In this document: piece after piece, positions 34,702 through 45,274 of the stretch
Layout of the letters: each line of letters starts with the position of its first letter
Position numbering within the stretch: the stretch's first letter is position 1
NCBI GenBank assembly: GCA_965206695.1
Contig: CBDBKM010000012.1
Coordinates: 1 to 60,372 of the forward strand
Source: Chlamydiales bacterium
GTDB lineage: Bacteria > Chlamydiota > Chlamydiia > Chlamydiales > JAAZZY01
Direction: 5' to 3'
Length of the DNA stretch: 60,372 nt
Notes under the pieces: generated by a model
The model's database searches: none
Told to the model about the DNA's origin: nothing
The model's input: only the letters and a program-made list of their open reading frames with translations
Made by a program: the position numbers and the translations under genes

Positions 34702-34822
34702 AAAGACCTCTGCATAACTTATTGATTTAGTCATCGATTTATCAAAAATATATTTATAATGTCTTTAACTTACATCTGAAGGTTCGATTTTGATTAAAAA
34801 TGTAAGTTATGCAGGGGTCTTT
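34702..34822. mobile_element. MITE-like element with 20-bp terminal inverted repeats
   Basis: AAAGACCTCTGCATAACTTA ... TAAGTTATGCAGGGGTCTTT (one mismatch), no ORF; related single end at ~30311. Confidence 0.7.
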
Positions 34823-35063
34823 TAAAGATGGTTGCTCTCGTGAAATCATTGCGTCTCCGGTGCAACAAGATGAAAAACTCACCCGACATTCACCTTTGTC
34901 CTACCGGAGATTCAATCATATTATCCGGCAATGAGGAGATTGATTTACATATACACGGACTGAAGGCCGGGAATAGAAATGCAAAATTTTTATCTATGAA
35001 CACAATATTGCAGTCAAAAGGAGCCTACCACTTGTTCAATTCTCAGGAACTTGAAGAGTTATA

Positions 35064-36152
35064 CGGGAGTTTCGCGTTAAGATATTAAGTAGCATTCAAG
35101 ATATGTTTCATATTTAAAGAGATAGCCGGTTTTATAATTTCCCAATCTTGCCGGTAAAAAGAAACCTTATGGTTTATTCTGCGTTGCCATTTGTTTAACC
35201 AAGCATAGATAGACATAAAAATAGGGTTTCGTTGCGCTCGTGCGTTACGAGACTGCCGGCGATCAAGAGCACAAGTTTGCTTCAATTCCCTATGATAAAC
35301 TTCAATTTTCCAACGAATCTTCATGATTTTTTTAATATCATTACGACTGAACCCTTCTATATTAGTGATCATATAATCAATGCGACCATTTTTAGCCACA
35401 AACTTGAAGGTCGTAACGAAACCATATCCTCGTAAGTGAATTTTTAATCCTTCATCCGGAATATCCAAGTCTTTCAAACTTACATTTCGATTAACCTTTC
35501 TATTTTTACGTAAACCCGTAACAAAATTTAAACCCATATCTCTGATAAATTTTAAGTTTTTTAAACTAGAATACCATGAATCCATAACAACTACCTGTGG
35601 TTGCAATCCTCGACTTTGACTGAGTTTAAGCATTTCTAAACAATGAGTATTCTTTGTTTTACCGTCACAGTTTTTATCATAAATCCTATAATCTACAGGG
35701 ACATATTGCTCTGTATTTAGCCCATACCATAAAAGGTTAACTAACCCTATTCCTGCTATAGTATCGTGTACATTTCCGGAATATTGATAATTGACAGGCT
35801 CTATCTTTTTACTATGGGTTTTTGAAAGTATGGTATCATCAATAATCAATACACACGGTTCATCGATATTCACATACTGCTTTACAGTTTCAAAAACCTC
35901 TTTTGGTTGAAATTTTTTGCCTTTTAGCCAACGGCTAATACTATCATGCGATAGCTGACCGGGACAAACTTCTGACATTGCAAGACCTGAATATCTAACA
36001 CTACTTGCTTGAATGAATGAGCTATATAATTCTTTTGTACATTTACGTAATGGCATATCTTTTCAAACCAAAATAAAAAGCAGTATAGACAAATTAAGGA
36101 AATGACTTAAATAAAAAATTCAACCTCTCATTTCTTCAATGCGAAACTCCTG
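35064..36152 (-). mobile_element. IS701-family element (transposase 35085..36056)
   Basis: SHDSISRWL, IIDDT, DSWYSS, RWKIEVYHRELKQ; IRs CGGGAGTTTCGCGTT / AATGCGAAACTCCTG. Confidence 0.88.
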
Positions 36153-36420
36153 TAAGATAGGTATCCGGATATTTTTGAAGATATTGTTTAAGTTTATTAC
36201 TATCAATTTTACTTGGGCCGGGACGTCTTTTGTTAGGTGCTAAGATCTACAGTCTTTCTCGAGAAATCCGGTTCGATAAAGTGCGGGCTGTAACTGAAAA
36301 AATGACACTTACCTCTTTTCGTGTCCCCAACTTTTTAATATATTTTAATGCTTGTTTTCTTAAATCAAGTGAATATGTCATCCGGATATTCTATATGAAA
36401 AATAAAATTTAAAGCACTAT
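36153..36420 (-). mobile_element. IS630 'C' 5' fragment
   Basis: Close match to ~28688..28955. Confidence 0.8.
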
Positions 36421-36503
36421 ATCTTCCGTGTCTTACCAAGGTATGTCAATGTCTTTTTGACTAACGAATATTATTCTTAAAAAATAAATAGAATCTACTC
36501 TTC

Positions 36504-37427
36504 TTATTCGTCTTTTATTGTAAAGTTATAATGAGGGCCATAGTTTATAAAGAACTCTTCCCCCTCAGGGATATTTCTATTAGCTACATAAAAATTTATA
36601 TTTTTACCAAAAAGAACTACAGATATATTATTTGCTCCTATTTTTATACCATCTCCTAACTGAGCGGTATTTACCAAGCTAAGTTGATTTCCCGAATTGA
36701 ATCCATCAACAAAACGATGGGACGAGGACGTTTCAAATAGATATGCTGAAATATTTCTCGGGCCATGCTGTCTTTTTACTTGCGAGAAAGTTTTTTCTCC
36801 GTCATGAAGGACCCCTGAATAAGGGCCTAAAACTTCGAATGCTTTAATATCTCTTTTTGCAAAGGCAGATTCTCCTCTGAACGACCCTATATCTATAGGA
36901 GTGCTAATCTTATAAATATCACGCAAACGATTTGTATATTCTGTTCTCTTCTCTTCGCTTAGTATTAACCATTCACGCATGCTGTTCTGTATTGTATCAT
37001 GAATTTTCTTTTTTTCTGAGGTAGTTCCGTTCAGGTATCTTTTATTGAGGTAACCCCACTTTGAAACTTTGATATTTTCTATTTCTCCTTCAGCTTGATA
37101 TAGAAGACTCTGTGTTTTATCCTCCGGTTTTTGCAAGACGGGTAAGGTGTCGTCTATTTTACGAGTAACTGTAGACGAGTCCAAAATAGCACAGTCCGAA
37201 TCTTTGTTATTTAAATTCGGCTCTTCCTTTATCGACAGAATCTCACGGTCTGATGAAGTTTTATCCGGCAATACACTATGTATTATATCATCCGGGTTCT
37301 TTTTAGTTTCTTCACCTCTAGATTCTCTATGTCTAGATTCTCTATGTCGCTTTTTCTGTGTTGCAGATATTTTCGCTTTAGTTTTATCAGATACAGGATG
37401 CCCTTGACGTGCGTCAGATATAGTCAT
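36504..37427 (-). CDS. SET-domain protein (putative methyltransferase effector), 5'-truncated, with a NUMOD3-like motif
   Basis: FAKRDIKAFEVLGPYSG...VDGFNSGNQLSLVN...FYVANRNIPEGEEFFINYGPHY; N-terminal GHPVSDKTKAKIS; ATG lies in the IS end. Confidence 0.82.
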   Translation of the reverse strand: MTISDARQGHPVSDKTKAKISATQKKRHRESRHRESRGEETKKNPDDIIHSVLPDKTSSDREILSIKEEPNLNNKDSDCAILDSSTVTRKIDDTLPVLQKPEDKTQSLLYQAEGEIENIKVSKWGYLNKRYLNGTTSEKKKIHDTIQNSMREWLILSEEKRTEYTNRLRDIYKISTPIDIGSFRGESAFAKRDIKAFEVLGPYSGVLHDGEKTFSQVKRQHGPRNISAYLFETSSSHRFVDGFNSGNQLSLVNTAQLGDGIKIGANNISVVLFGKNINFYVANRNIPEGEEFFINYGPHYNFTIKDE

Positions 37428-38355
37428 TTAATTTTACATTGATAAGATTGCTTGATCAATGGCGAATTTAAAATTCGTAACTTTTCGTAATATCTCTCTA
37501 ACTTTATTTTTCATATTAGCCCAATATTTTTCTATAGGATTTAAGTCCGGAGAATATGGAGGAAGAAACATAAGCTTACAACCGGCAGATTCTACTGTTT
37601 TCCTGCTTTCCGCTGACTTGTGAAAACCGGCATTGTCAAGAATAAGAACACTACCGGGTGTAAGCTGAGGAGTCAACACTTCCTTAAGCCAAATATTGAA
37701 TAACCCGGTATTACAAGTACCTTCAAAACACATTGGAGATAAAAACTGCCCTTTAGATAGGGCTGAAATAATATTTTGCCTTATAAAGCGATTTCCTGAA
37801 ACCGCTCCAAAAACTTTTTTGCCGCGTAAGCTTCTTCCGGACTCACGAAATAAAAATTGATGAATCCCGGTTTCATCGAGATAAATTCTCTTGTCAAAGG
37901 GAATATTTTTTAAATCTTTCATAAAAGCTTCCCGTTTCTTTTCATCTCTTTCCTTATAGCGAGTAGTTTTTTTTTTCGTGTAATTTTTAATCTTTTAAGG
38001 GCATAAAAAATCGTTTGCGGAGTGACTGAAAAATAATCAGCAATTTCCGATAAAAAATAATCCGGATGTTTTTCTACATATTTAGATAACAACTCATCAT
38101 CTAATTTCTTATAAGCATATTTTCTGCGGATTGGCTTTAAATGTCCTTTTTGCTTTTTTTGCAAGATCCATCGATATATTGTTGCGATACCTACTTGAAA
38201 AATATGGCCGGCTGTTTTTTTATCATGATGTTTTTCTATATGTTGTCATACTTTCTCTTGAAGATCTACTGAATAGGCTCTAGGCATTGTTTTGTCCTTA
38301 CTATTTGTATAAAAAAAGAAGGATAACATATTATCAAATAAAAATTAAAATACTA
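37421..38355 (-). mobile_element. IS630 'A', copy 6 (orfA nonsense)
   Basis: Near-identical copy; its two flanks come from different genes. Confidence 0.95.
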
Positions 38356-38357
38356 TA

Positions 38358-38737
38358 CTTATCGGATGACTCCCCCTAATAATTATATCGAATTAAATAT
38401 TAATAAATGGATTGACCCTAAAAATATATTAAATAATGATGATATACATCAGAATGTAAAAGACATTATTAGAAGAGCCATTGATACTAAAAAAGACTAT
38501 TTTGATCGTCATAGTTACAAGAGGGAAAGATTTATCCCTCTTTTAATTTATTTATTTAGAAAAACCGAACATAGAAAATATTTTAATATACTTTATGATT
38601 ATTTTATTAAAATAGGATTGAAAGGAGAAGATCTAAACTTTATTTCTATTGATAATCATATCGATACTATCACAACTCTACATAATAATTACGATCCAAT
38701 TCAAAAGGAAGCTGATATCCAAAAGAGTTTAATTTAA
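38358..38737 (+). pseudogene. 3' fragment of the 55894..56970 gene
   Basis: Almost identical to 56591..56970; cut by IS630. Confidence 0.85.
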
Positions 38738-38751
38738 CTATTGTAGATCGC

Positions 38752-38985
38752 TTACCTCAACTGATCCAATAGACTTCTAAAATCCCCAGAAGCTTCACCA
38801 CATTCTTTTTTTAATGCTTTTGAATATAGCCCACGCTTCCATTGCCCATTACAATAGGGCCCATCCACTATCTTCTTACAACCTGTTGACTTGCCTCCAT
38901 GCATATGACAAACCCTCTTACCTCTCATAGCCTGAAGTCGACATTGCTTTTGAGACCTCTTACTTTTAGCATGATAATAAACCAT
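38752..38985 (-). CDS. HGGxSTG-domain protein
   Basis: AKSKRSQKQC...RVCHMHGGKSTG...NGQWKRGLYS. Confidence 0.85.
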   Translation of the reverse strand: MVYYHAKSKRSQKQCRLQAMRGKRVCHMHGGKSTGCKKIVDGPYCNGQWKRGLYSKALKKECGEASGDFRSLLDQLR

Positions 38986-39014
38986 GAGGTATTGCTCCTA
39001 GTTTTCCATTAACC

Positions 39015-39482
39015 CTAATTAATAACTGCTTTTGCATTATCATTCATAGTGACATGCTGAACCGTAATATTCTGTCTTCCATCTCTTCTATACCTCTCAA
39101 TATCATTAACGACATCTCCATGGAGTTGCAATAGCTTTAATGCAAATTTCATATAAAAAGACTGCCAATGATTTGAAAACGGTTCCTTCAGTGAAGCATA
39201 ATACTCAGCTTTTTTCATATATTCCATAGCCTGTGAAAATAATACCACTTCCTTAACCCTTAATCTAGTCTCTGTTGCATCTTTAGGAACCTGTTCACTT
39301 AAATTTGATGCAATGATGTTATATCTTTCAAGAAGGCTATATGAACCAGGAAGAGCCTCATAAGCTGTCGTAATTATATTTTCTGCAACAATATCATTTT
39401 GAACAGAACAAATTCTATTGTGGTAAGATCTGAGTTCTTGCTTTTCATTCTCTAATGCTAAAGCTTTTTTCTTATTTTTCAT
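39015..39482 (-). CDS. Hypothetical protein of the integrative element
   Basis: Paralog at 57249..57716; C-terminal RYRR.G.QNITVQHVT. Confidence 0.75.
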   Translation of the reverse strand: MKNKKKALALENEKQELRSYHNRICSVQNDIVAENIITTAYEALPGSYSLLERYNIIASNLSEQVPKDATETRLRVKEVVLFSQAMEYMKKAEYYASLKEPFSNHWQSFYMKFALKLLQLHGDVVNDIERYRRDGRQNITVQHVTMNDNAKAVIN

Positions 39483-39737
39483 TTAATCGTACCCTTGCCT
39501 TGTTTGTGAGCTACTATTGGTCCTTGTCCAAATCTATAAGGCCATAATGAACACTCTTTTGCTGGTCATAGGCGAACTTCCTTATGTTGCCCACAACAGC
39601 AGTCCAAATATTTTGCCCTAATAGCTTGTAGCGGCGATTTTTTTTGTACTCTTGGTTTTACTGGCACCTTTTCCTTCTTTAATATTTTTAGCTTGAAAAT
39701 CCTCACAGAGAAGGGTATTTTTTTCTAAATTCGTCAT
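39479..39737 (-). pseudogene. Small Cys-rich phage-type protein, frameshift plus nonsense
   Basis: PLQAIRAKYLDCCCGQHKEVRL*PAKECSLWPYRFG; the second copy has AKCLDCCC...RLCP; absent from the ORF track. Confidence 0.7.
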
Positions 39738-39777
39738 TATAATCTCCTTATTGTTGACGTATTAATTAGATTGTGAA

Positions 39778-42269
39778 TTAAAAATCATCACTTTCATAAA
39801 TCTTGAGGTTAATATAAAATATGTTAGTCGGCCTTCCTTTGGACTTCACAACTTTTTCATTAAGTATATGATGCTCTTTTAATACTGAAATAGCCTCTTC
39901 TACTTCATTAGAACTACTCAAATAACACCAATGATTACCATGGTATACACTCCTTTTTGTAAAGCCATTTTGAATATCCCCGTTCTTGATTTGCTGAAAT
40001 AAAGCTCTAGCTGATAATAAATTTGCTTTATCAACTGTTGAATAAATTCGATGGGCATGAGATTTTAAATATTCACACCATACTTTTGCATAATTTGCCG
40101 ATTCTAAGCTGATTGCATTGGGATCCCCTCTTCCTTTATCAATACAATCAATAAATTCAATAATTGCTGCTATGCTGGGGAATAATGACCGATATTTGGC
40201 AAAATGCGCCTCTAAATATTGAGGCAACTCATCTGAACGCAAACTTTGTTCTAATTTATTTCTCCGGATATCAAATACCTCTTGTGCTTCGTTAGTAAAA
40301 CGTAAATGAAGTGGGTCTAAAGGATCTAGGGGGTAGTCGGAACAAGATTCTAGAATTTGCGTCACCTGTTTTTGAGCTTCAATATCAGCAGGTCGATCTA
40401 TATCTTTCCATTCTAATTGGGCATCAGGCCATACGGATAATTGTAAGCGTTGGAGAAATCCATCATCTTGAGAGGAGCCTTTAATCGATTGATTAACATA
40501 TTGTGTAAAGGGTCCCGGTTGAATAGATCCCGGAAGAGATATACAAATTGAAGGAATCCTAATAGTGCCTCTACCTATTCGATCAAAAATATAATTATTT
40601 TTTCCATTCCAACTTTCTAAAAAAAATGAACGATCATTTTCATGTCCCTGCTTATCAAAAGATCGTAACAATCCCATTAATTCGTCTCTATACATTAAGA
40701 TTCCATTAGGATTCTCTAATAGTATCTCTTCTAATTTTTCTATTGTTGCATCATTGATATAAAGACGTGCAAGAACAGGTTTAATATACTGATCCTCTAA
40801 TTTAATAAATTGATTTTTAAGATTATTTATTTCATTTTCTTGTTCCAATTGAGCTAGTTTTTTATTCTTTAAAACTTGTTTTATATTCTCTTCAATAATC
40901 TTTTTCTTTTGAACAAGCCTCTTCTCTTCAAACTTATAAGCCTCCATTTCTTCAGAAAATTTATCAAACGCATCTGCTTGTATTTTTTCAAGAAGTGATA
41001 ATACAGATAAGATAGCAGGTGATTTCATCAAAGAAGGGCGTCCAATACAAACTCCCCATAAATTGGGAATAACAGACCAATCATCTGGTTTTTTGGGAAA
41101 AACTCTAACTTTTCTTCCAAGTAATGAACTAATAATAATAATTATGGAGACAGCAATATAATCCGGGGGCACTTGCATTCTTTCTGAAACATCAGATATA
41201 AACCTCCGTAATACTCTTGGTAACATCTCTTCTTGCATAGCCGGTACAGGATACAGTACCGATGCCAAAGGAATAGGATTTGACCACTCAGTATCACTAG
41301 AAAAATAATTCTGAGAAGTAGTTTTAGAAGAATATACGAATGCTTTTGAAATAGTCCGATCTCGATAATCTTGTCGCTCCCATTTATCTCGATAAAGAGC
41401 TGACTGTCTAAATAATCGATCAATTTGGCCTGCATCTTGTGTATAAAAAGGCTAATAAATTACACAGTGCTTGATCCCCTGCTGAATCATCTCCGGAGTA
41501 GGATCCAAGTTCACCTACTTCAAATAGTGATATAAACTTGTTTGAATTTTTTGCTTGTTTTGCTTTAACAAGCAGTGCATCATCAGAGATGATTAGTGGC
41601 ATCTTTTGGGTACCGGTAGACTTCAATTTATTAGAAACTTCCGGATATTTAGCTACGATCTTGTTTACGGGTTCTGATATATCTCTAAATGTGTTAATAT
41701 CTCCATAAACAGTATTCGTAATAATAGCGAACCGACCCCTATTCATAAACTTCTACCTGCCCCTTGCGGCATAATTTAGAGTTCTTTTTCCCTTTACCGT
41801 AAATATGAAGGCCTAAATTTGATTGACTAACTTCTGTATAGGATTTGCAATCCTCCACTATCTCTAAAGCCTATTCTTCTATATCACCTGTATTTGTATT
41901 TCGAACATGATCAAGATCACTAAATATTAAATTATCTTCTTTTGTTAAAGCAAATCCAATATAATTTGGATTATAATTAGAATAACTGTCTATTGTTAAT
42001 TTATTAATCATTTCAATAACTGAAGTAAAGGTACCCCATGTTGTTGAATCATTAATGCTCGCTAAATTAAAGTCATTGGGAGAAATAGGTAGCTTTTTAG
42101 TTTTACCATCAGTACCTACTTGTACCTGAAACCCCACCCATAAAGGCTTTTCTGCATATTCTTGAAAAGCTTGTGGCAAATAATTGCAATACTTGTTATC
42201 ATTTGTTTGTTCATCGTCTTTTGATGGAATATTGTGATAAGGTAAGCATAAGAGAGTTTGATCTAACAT
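39778..42269 (-). pseudogene. Primase-polymerase (NrS-1-like) fused to DUF3987/YfjI helicase-like domain, fragmented
   Basis: KKLPISP..ASINDSTTWGTF..DLDH..*..YTEVSQSNLGLHI; DDSAGDQALC..QIDRLFRQSAL; GRPSLMKSP, DATIEKL, RDELMG, DGFLQR; one nonsense codon and about two frameshifts. Confidence 0.78.
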
Positions 42270-42469
42270 TACGGCTCCCTTTTATCTAGCCATTCAAAAA
42301 ATTTTGGAATGGAAATTAATATTCTTCTTTCTCCCGGCCGTCTGATGAAGGAATTAGTTCCATTTTGCTTTGCATTAAATAATAACCATCTAAGCTGAGA
42401 TTCTCGTATAAAAGGATATTGAGTACAAAAATCTCTAATTGATAAATATTGATCTGAAAAATTCTCCAT
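42269..42469 (-). CDS. Excisionase / AlpA-like small DNA-binding protein
   Basis: 66 aa, YLSIRDFC..YPF..SQLRWLLF...RRILISIPKFFEWL, directly upstream of the primase. Confidence 0.7.
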   Translation of the reverse strand: MENFSDQYLSIRDFCTQYPFIRESQLRWLLFNAKQNGTNSFIRRPGERRILISIPKFFEWLDKREP

Positions 42470-42608
42470 TAATAACCCCTTGAGTTATGCTTTTATTTAA
42501 TGGTGAATGTAATATAGATTGGTTATTTTTGTAGAAAAACCGGTATAGAATTCTTATGTTACTTTCGACACAAACTCGAACATAATATACTTATTATAAG
42601 CAAGATAC

Positions 42609-43373
42609 TTAAAAACGAATCAGCTGTTCTGCTAACCTGAAAGCTGTGAGTTTTAGTGATTTCAAGGAAATACTCCTTCTCCAAGAAAGCGATATTGACG
42701 CTTGTTGTAATATTCGTTTAATTTGATTAATAGATATGGGTTTTATTGTATTATTAGATGTTGTAAATATAAAGCCTTTACGACGCATACCTGCCAGAGC
42801 TCGCAACCTTTTTAAGTAACTAGAAGAACAGATAATCGGTTGGGTATTTACTAAATTTATCATACTGTTATTAAAGTCAATGTCTTCAATTTTTATATTT
42901 AACAGCCTATCATTAAAAATTGATGATTGTTTATGCAATAACGAAGGGTCTTTTATATTCATTGGAGCAAAGCCTGAATATAAAAAAAGACGGCAGGCCA
43001 ACTCATCCCTTTCTAAAGCGTTTTTCTCTAAAAATTCCAGTAATTGCACACACTCCTTTAATGATAAACTATTGATCTCAACTTTATCTTTTTTTAAAGG
43101 AATTGCCTGACCTGTTGTTGAAGCTATTTGTAAGTAAGGTAATCGGTAATATCTCTTGCCATGACCCAATATATAATCTATAAATTTTTTAAACTGTATC
43201 CACGCATTTTGCTTAGTAGCGTCAGAGCAATCTGCTATTCTTTGAATGTTATGGTAACAATCAAGCATCCAATTCATATTAAAGCCAATTAAAAAATCAG
43301 ATCGCTTTGTATTATTCTTAAAAATAAGAATTTTTTCATCCTTTAATCTGTTCAGTAAAATGTTTTTTGACAT
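42609..43373 (-). CDS. Degenerate tyrosine-recombinase-like protein (chlamydial plasmid pGP7/pGP8-like)
   Basis: SDATKQ, KDKVEINSLS, ERDELACRLFL, IEDIDF, GFIFTTS; no canonical R/HxxR/H/Y set. Confidence 0.55.
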   Translation of the reverse strand: MSKNILLNRLKDEKILIFKNNTKRSDFLIGFNMNWMLDCYHNIQRIADCSDATKQNAWIQFKKFIDYILGHGKRYYRLPYLQIASTTGQAIPLKKDKVEINSLSLKECVQLLEFLEKNALERDELACRLFLYSGFAPMNIKDPSLLHKQSSIFNDRLLNIKIEDIDFNNSMINLVNTQPIICSSSYLKRLRALAGMRRKGFIFTTSNNTIKPISINQIKRILQQASISLSWRRSISLKSLKLTAFRLAEQLIRF

Positions 43374-43573
43374 ATTTGAGGTTCTTCTTCATATAAAAAT
43401 TCATTAAAATAATCTTTTATATAATCATCTGTAGCATTATCGATACTCTCTTTATTCTTTTGAACTTGATGTTGATAGTATTTGCAATTCAATTCTTGAA
43501 GTGACAGAAAATCACTAATAACAGGAAGGTCCAGTATGAGAAGACCTATATCTTTCTCTAAAGATTCTTTCAT
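43352..43573 (-). CDS. Hypothetical protein, possibly a fragment
   Basis: ORF in operon position between the integrase and the pGP8-like gene. Confidence 0.4.
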   Translation of the reverse strand: MKESLEKDIGLLILDLPVISDFLSLQELNCKYYQHQVQKNKESIDNATDDYIKDYFNEFLYEEEPQICQKTFY

Positions 43574-43677
43574 TATATTTAGAAAATTCTTATCCTCATG
43601 AGTCGTATCAATTTTGGAGTAAATATTTTTTAGCTCTGTTATTTTTCTATTTCTCTCGTCAATATACTCATATCTCT

Positions 43678-44772
43678 TTATTCACTACTACCAAAAATCT
43701 TATTATTCATTTTTGCTACAACTAATGCGCTGTGAGAATGACTGAGATGACTATACCTTCTCGACATTGATGGACTTTTATGTCCTGCCACTTCCATAAC
43801 CTCCGGTAAAGAAGCTCCACTCATAATCATCCGGGAGCAGAACTCATGCCTTAAATCATGAAATCTAATGTTACCTATACCCGATCGAGCGATCACTCTT
43901 TCCCATCCACCACGAACGGAAGCGGGCTTTTGATCCTTTTGGACCTTTTGAAGTCGTCTAGGTTTTACTTCAGGAAACATTAATAGAGATCTTATCTTCT
44001 GATTTTTTTGATGTTCCTGTAAAACCCGGTGGGCTAAACCCACAAGCGGGACCGAACGCCTTTCGTTATTCTTGGTATCGTGAATAACAATTCTATAATT
44101 TTCAAAGTCGATATCTTTCCAACATAAATTTAAAATCTCCCCCTGCCTCATACCTGTTGAAATAGCAAGAACGATAATAGGGTAAATATTAGGACTGGAG
44201 TCTTCCTTACAGGCTTGTAATAACTTCAATCTTTCTTCATCAGATAGAAATCGAACACGTCCACGAGGTTCTTTAAAATTAGATACCTGTAGCATGGGAT
44301 TATCATTCACCCACATCCATTCCTTCATTCCAATAGTAAAAGCATGAGATAAAACAGCCAGATAACGGTTAACTGTGGATCTACTCCTTAAAGTGCCTCT
44401 ATAAGTTATACCTTTTGCTAAAATATTTTTCTGCTCTGTAATCATTGCAGGAGTAATATCTGCTAATGAGTAAGAGCCTAATGCTGACTGCCACCACCTT
44501 AATTGATTTAGTTGAGACTGCTTCTTACTTTTCTTTTGTGGTAATATATCTTCAATATAACGTTCGATAAGCTCATACAGAGTCCTTTTTTTAGATTCAG
44601 CTAACTTAAAATGTCTACCTTCTCTTATTGCCGCCTCTGTTTGTTGTGCCCATCTCTTTGCGTCTAATAATCTGTGATGGGTTGCGGATTGCGCCGGGAA
44701 GCCCTTTAATCTTATCTTAACACGATATGTTATATCTCCTGATTTAGTTGTTCTTTTCTCAATCACTGCCAT
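43678..44772 (-). CDS. Tyrosine integrase, intact
   Basis: TGMRQGE, DTKN, FHDLRH, AGHKS, RRYSH all present; N-terminal arm-binding region. Confidence 0.95.
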   Translation of the reverse strand: MAVIEKRTTKSGDITYRVKIRLKGFPAQSATHHRLLDAKRWAQQTEAAIREGRHFKLAESKKRTLYELIERYIEDILPQKKSKKQSQLNQLRWWQSALGSYSLADITPAMITEQKNILAKGITYRGTLRSRSTVNRYLAVLSHAFTIGMKEWMWVNDNPMLQVSNFKEPRGRVRFLSDEERLKLLQACKEDSSPNIYPIIVLAISTGMRQGEILNLCWKDIDFENYRIVIHDTKNNERRSVPLVGLAHRVLQEHQKNQKIRSLLMFPEVKPRRLQKVQKDQKPASVRGGWERVIARSGIGNIRFHDLRHEFCSRMIMSGASLPEVMEVAGHKSPSMSRRYSHLSHSHSALVVAKMNNKIFGSSE

Positions 44773-44904
44773 AAATGCTCCTATTTAATTAAGAGCGGTA
44801 ATCTATAACCACAGACTAATAGAGTCAACTATAGAATTTTAATCCAAATGTAATTTTTTAATAGATATCTTATTTATAACAACTTATATACTAAAAAAAT
44901 AAAT

Positions 44905-45017
44905 TAGGACAGTTATGGGACATTAAAAGAAAAAATCAGATGCTTTTGAACCTTTTGAATAGATCTTTAAGAAGATGAATAACTTAAGCATTTTCTAGAT
45001 GTCCCATATGTGTCCCA
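44905..45017. repeat. Inverted pairs of arm-type integrase-binding repeats (attP-like)
   Basis: TAGGACA-N4-TGGGACA (44905..44922) and TGTCCCA-N4-TGTCCCA (45000..45017). Confidence 0.6.
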
Positions 45018-45087
45018 TAGAGGTTTTTTAATAAAAATCTGAGAGGCTCTTTTTAGTATGATTTTTAATAAATTTTAGGAGAGAAAA

Positions 45088-45123
45088 TGGGGGCGGTTGG
45101 ACGCATTCAGAACTTTTGATTGG
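45088..45123 (+). repeat. Conserved putative recombination site, copy 4 (integrase-proximal, half form)
   Basis: TGGGGGCGGTTGGACGCATTCAGAACTTTTGATTGG, upstream of the integrase and facing away from it. Confidence 0.85.
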
Positions 45124-45274
45124 GAAACTCTTACTTCGAATTTATTTATAAATAACACACTATTAACAAGTTATATTTAAATTCTAGATATTCTATTTAG
45201 ATTTTTAATTGACAATCTTATTTTGGATGAAATATACTGTAGTTAGTATGCAATTACCTTAAATATCATCCAAT

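Larger units (their letters stand above)
38358..45123 (-). mobile_element. Satellite-like integrative element (int - pGP8-like - xis - primpol/DUF3987 - Cys-rich - hypothetical - HGGxSTG)
   Basis: Co-oriented gene order typical of phage satellites / IMEs; second copy at 56591..>60372; boundaries approximate. Confidence 0.75.

Noticed and set aside
34828..35088. 86-aa ORF between the MITE and IS701
   Set aside because: No recognisable motif and its 3' end runs into the IS701 end; probably a fragment.
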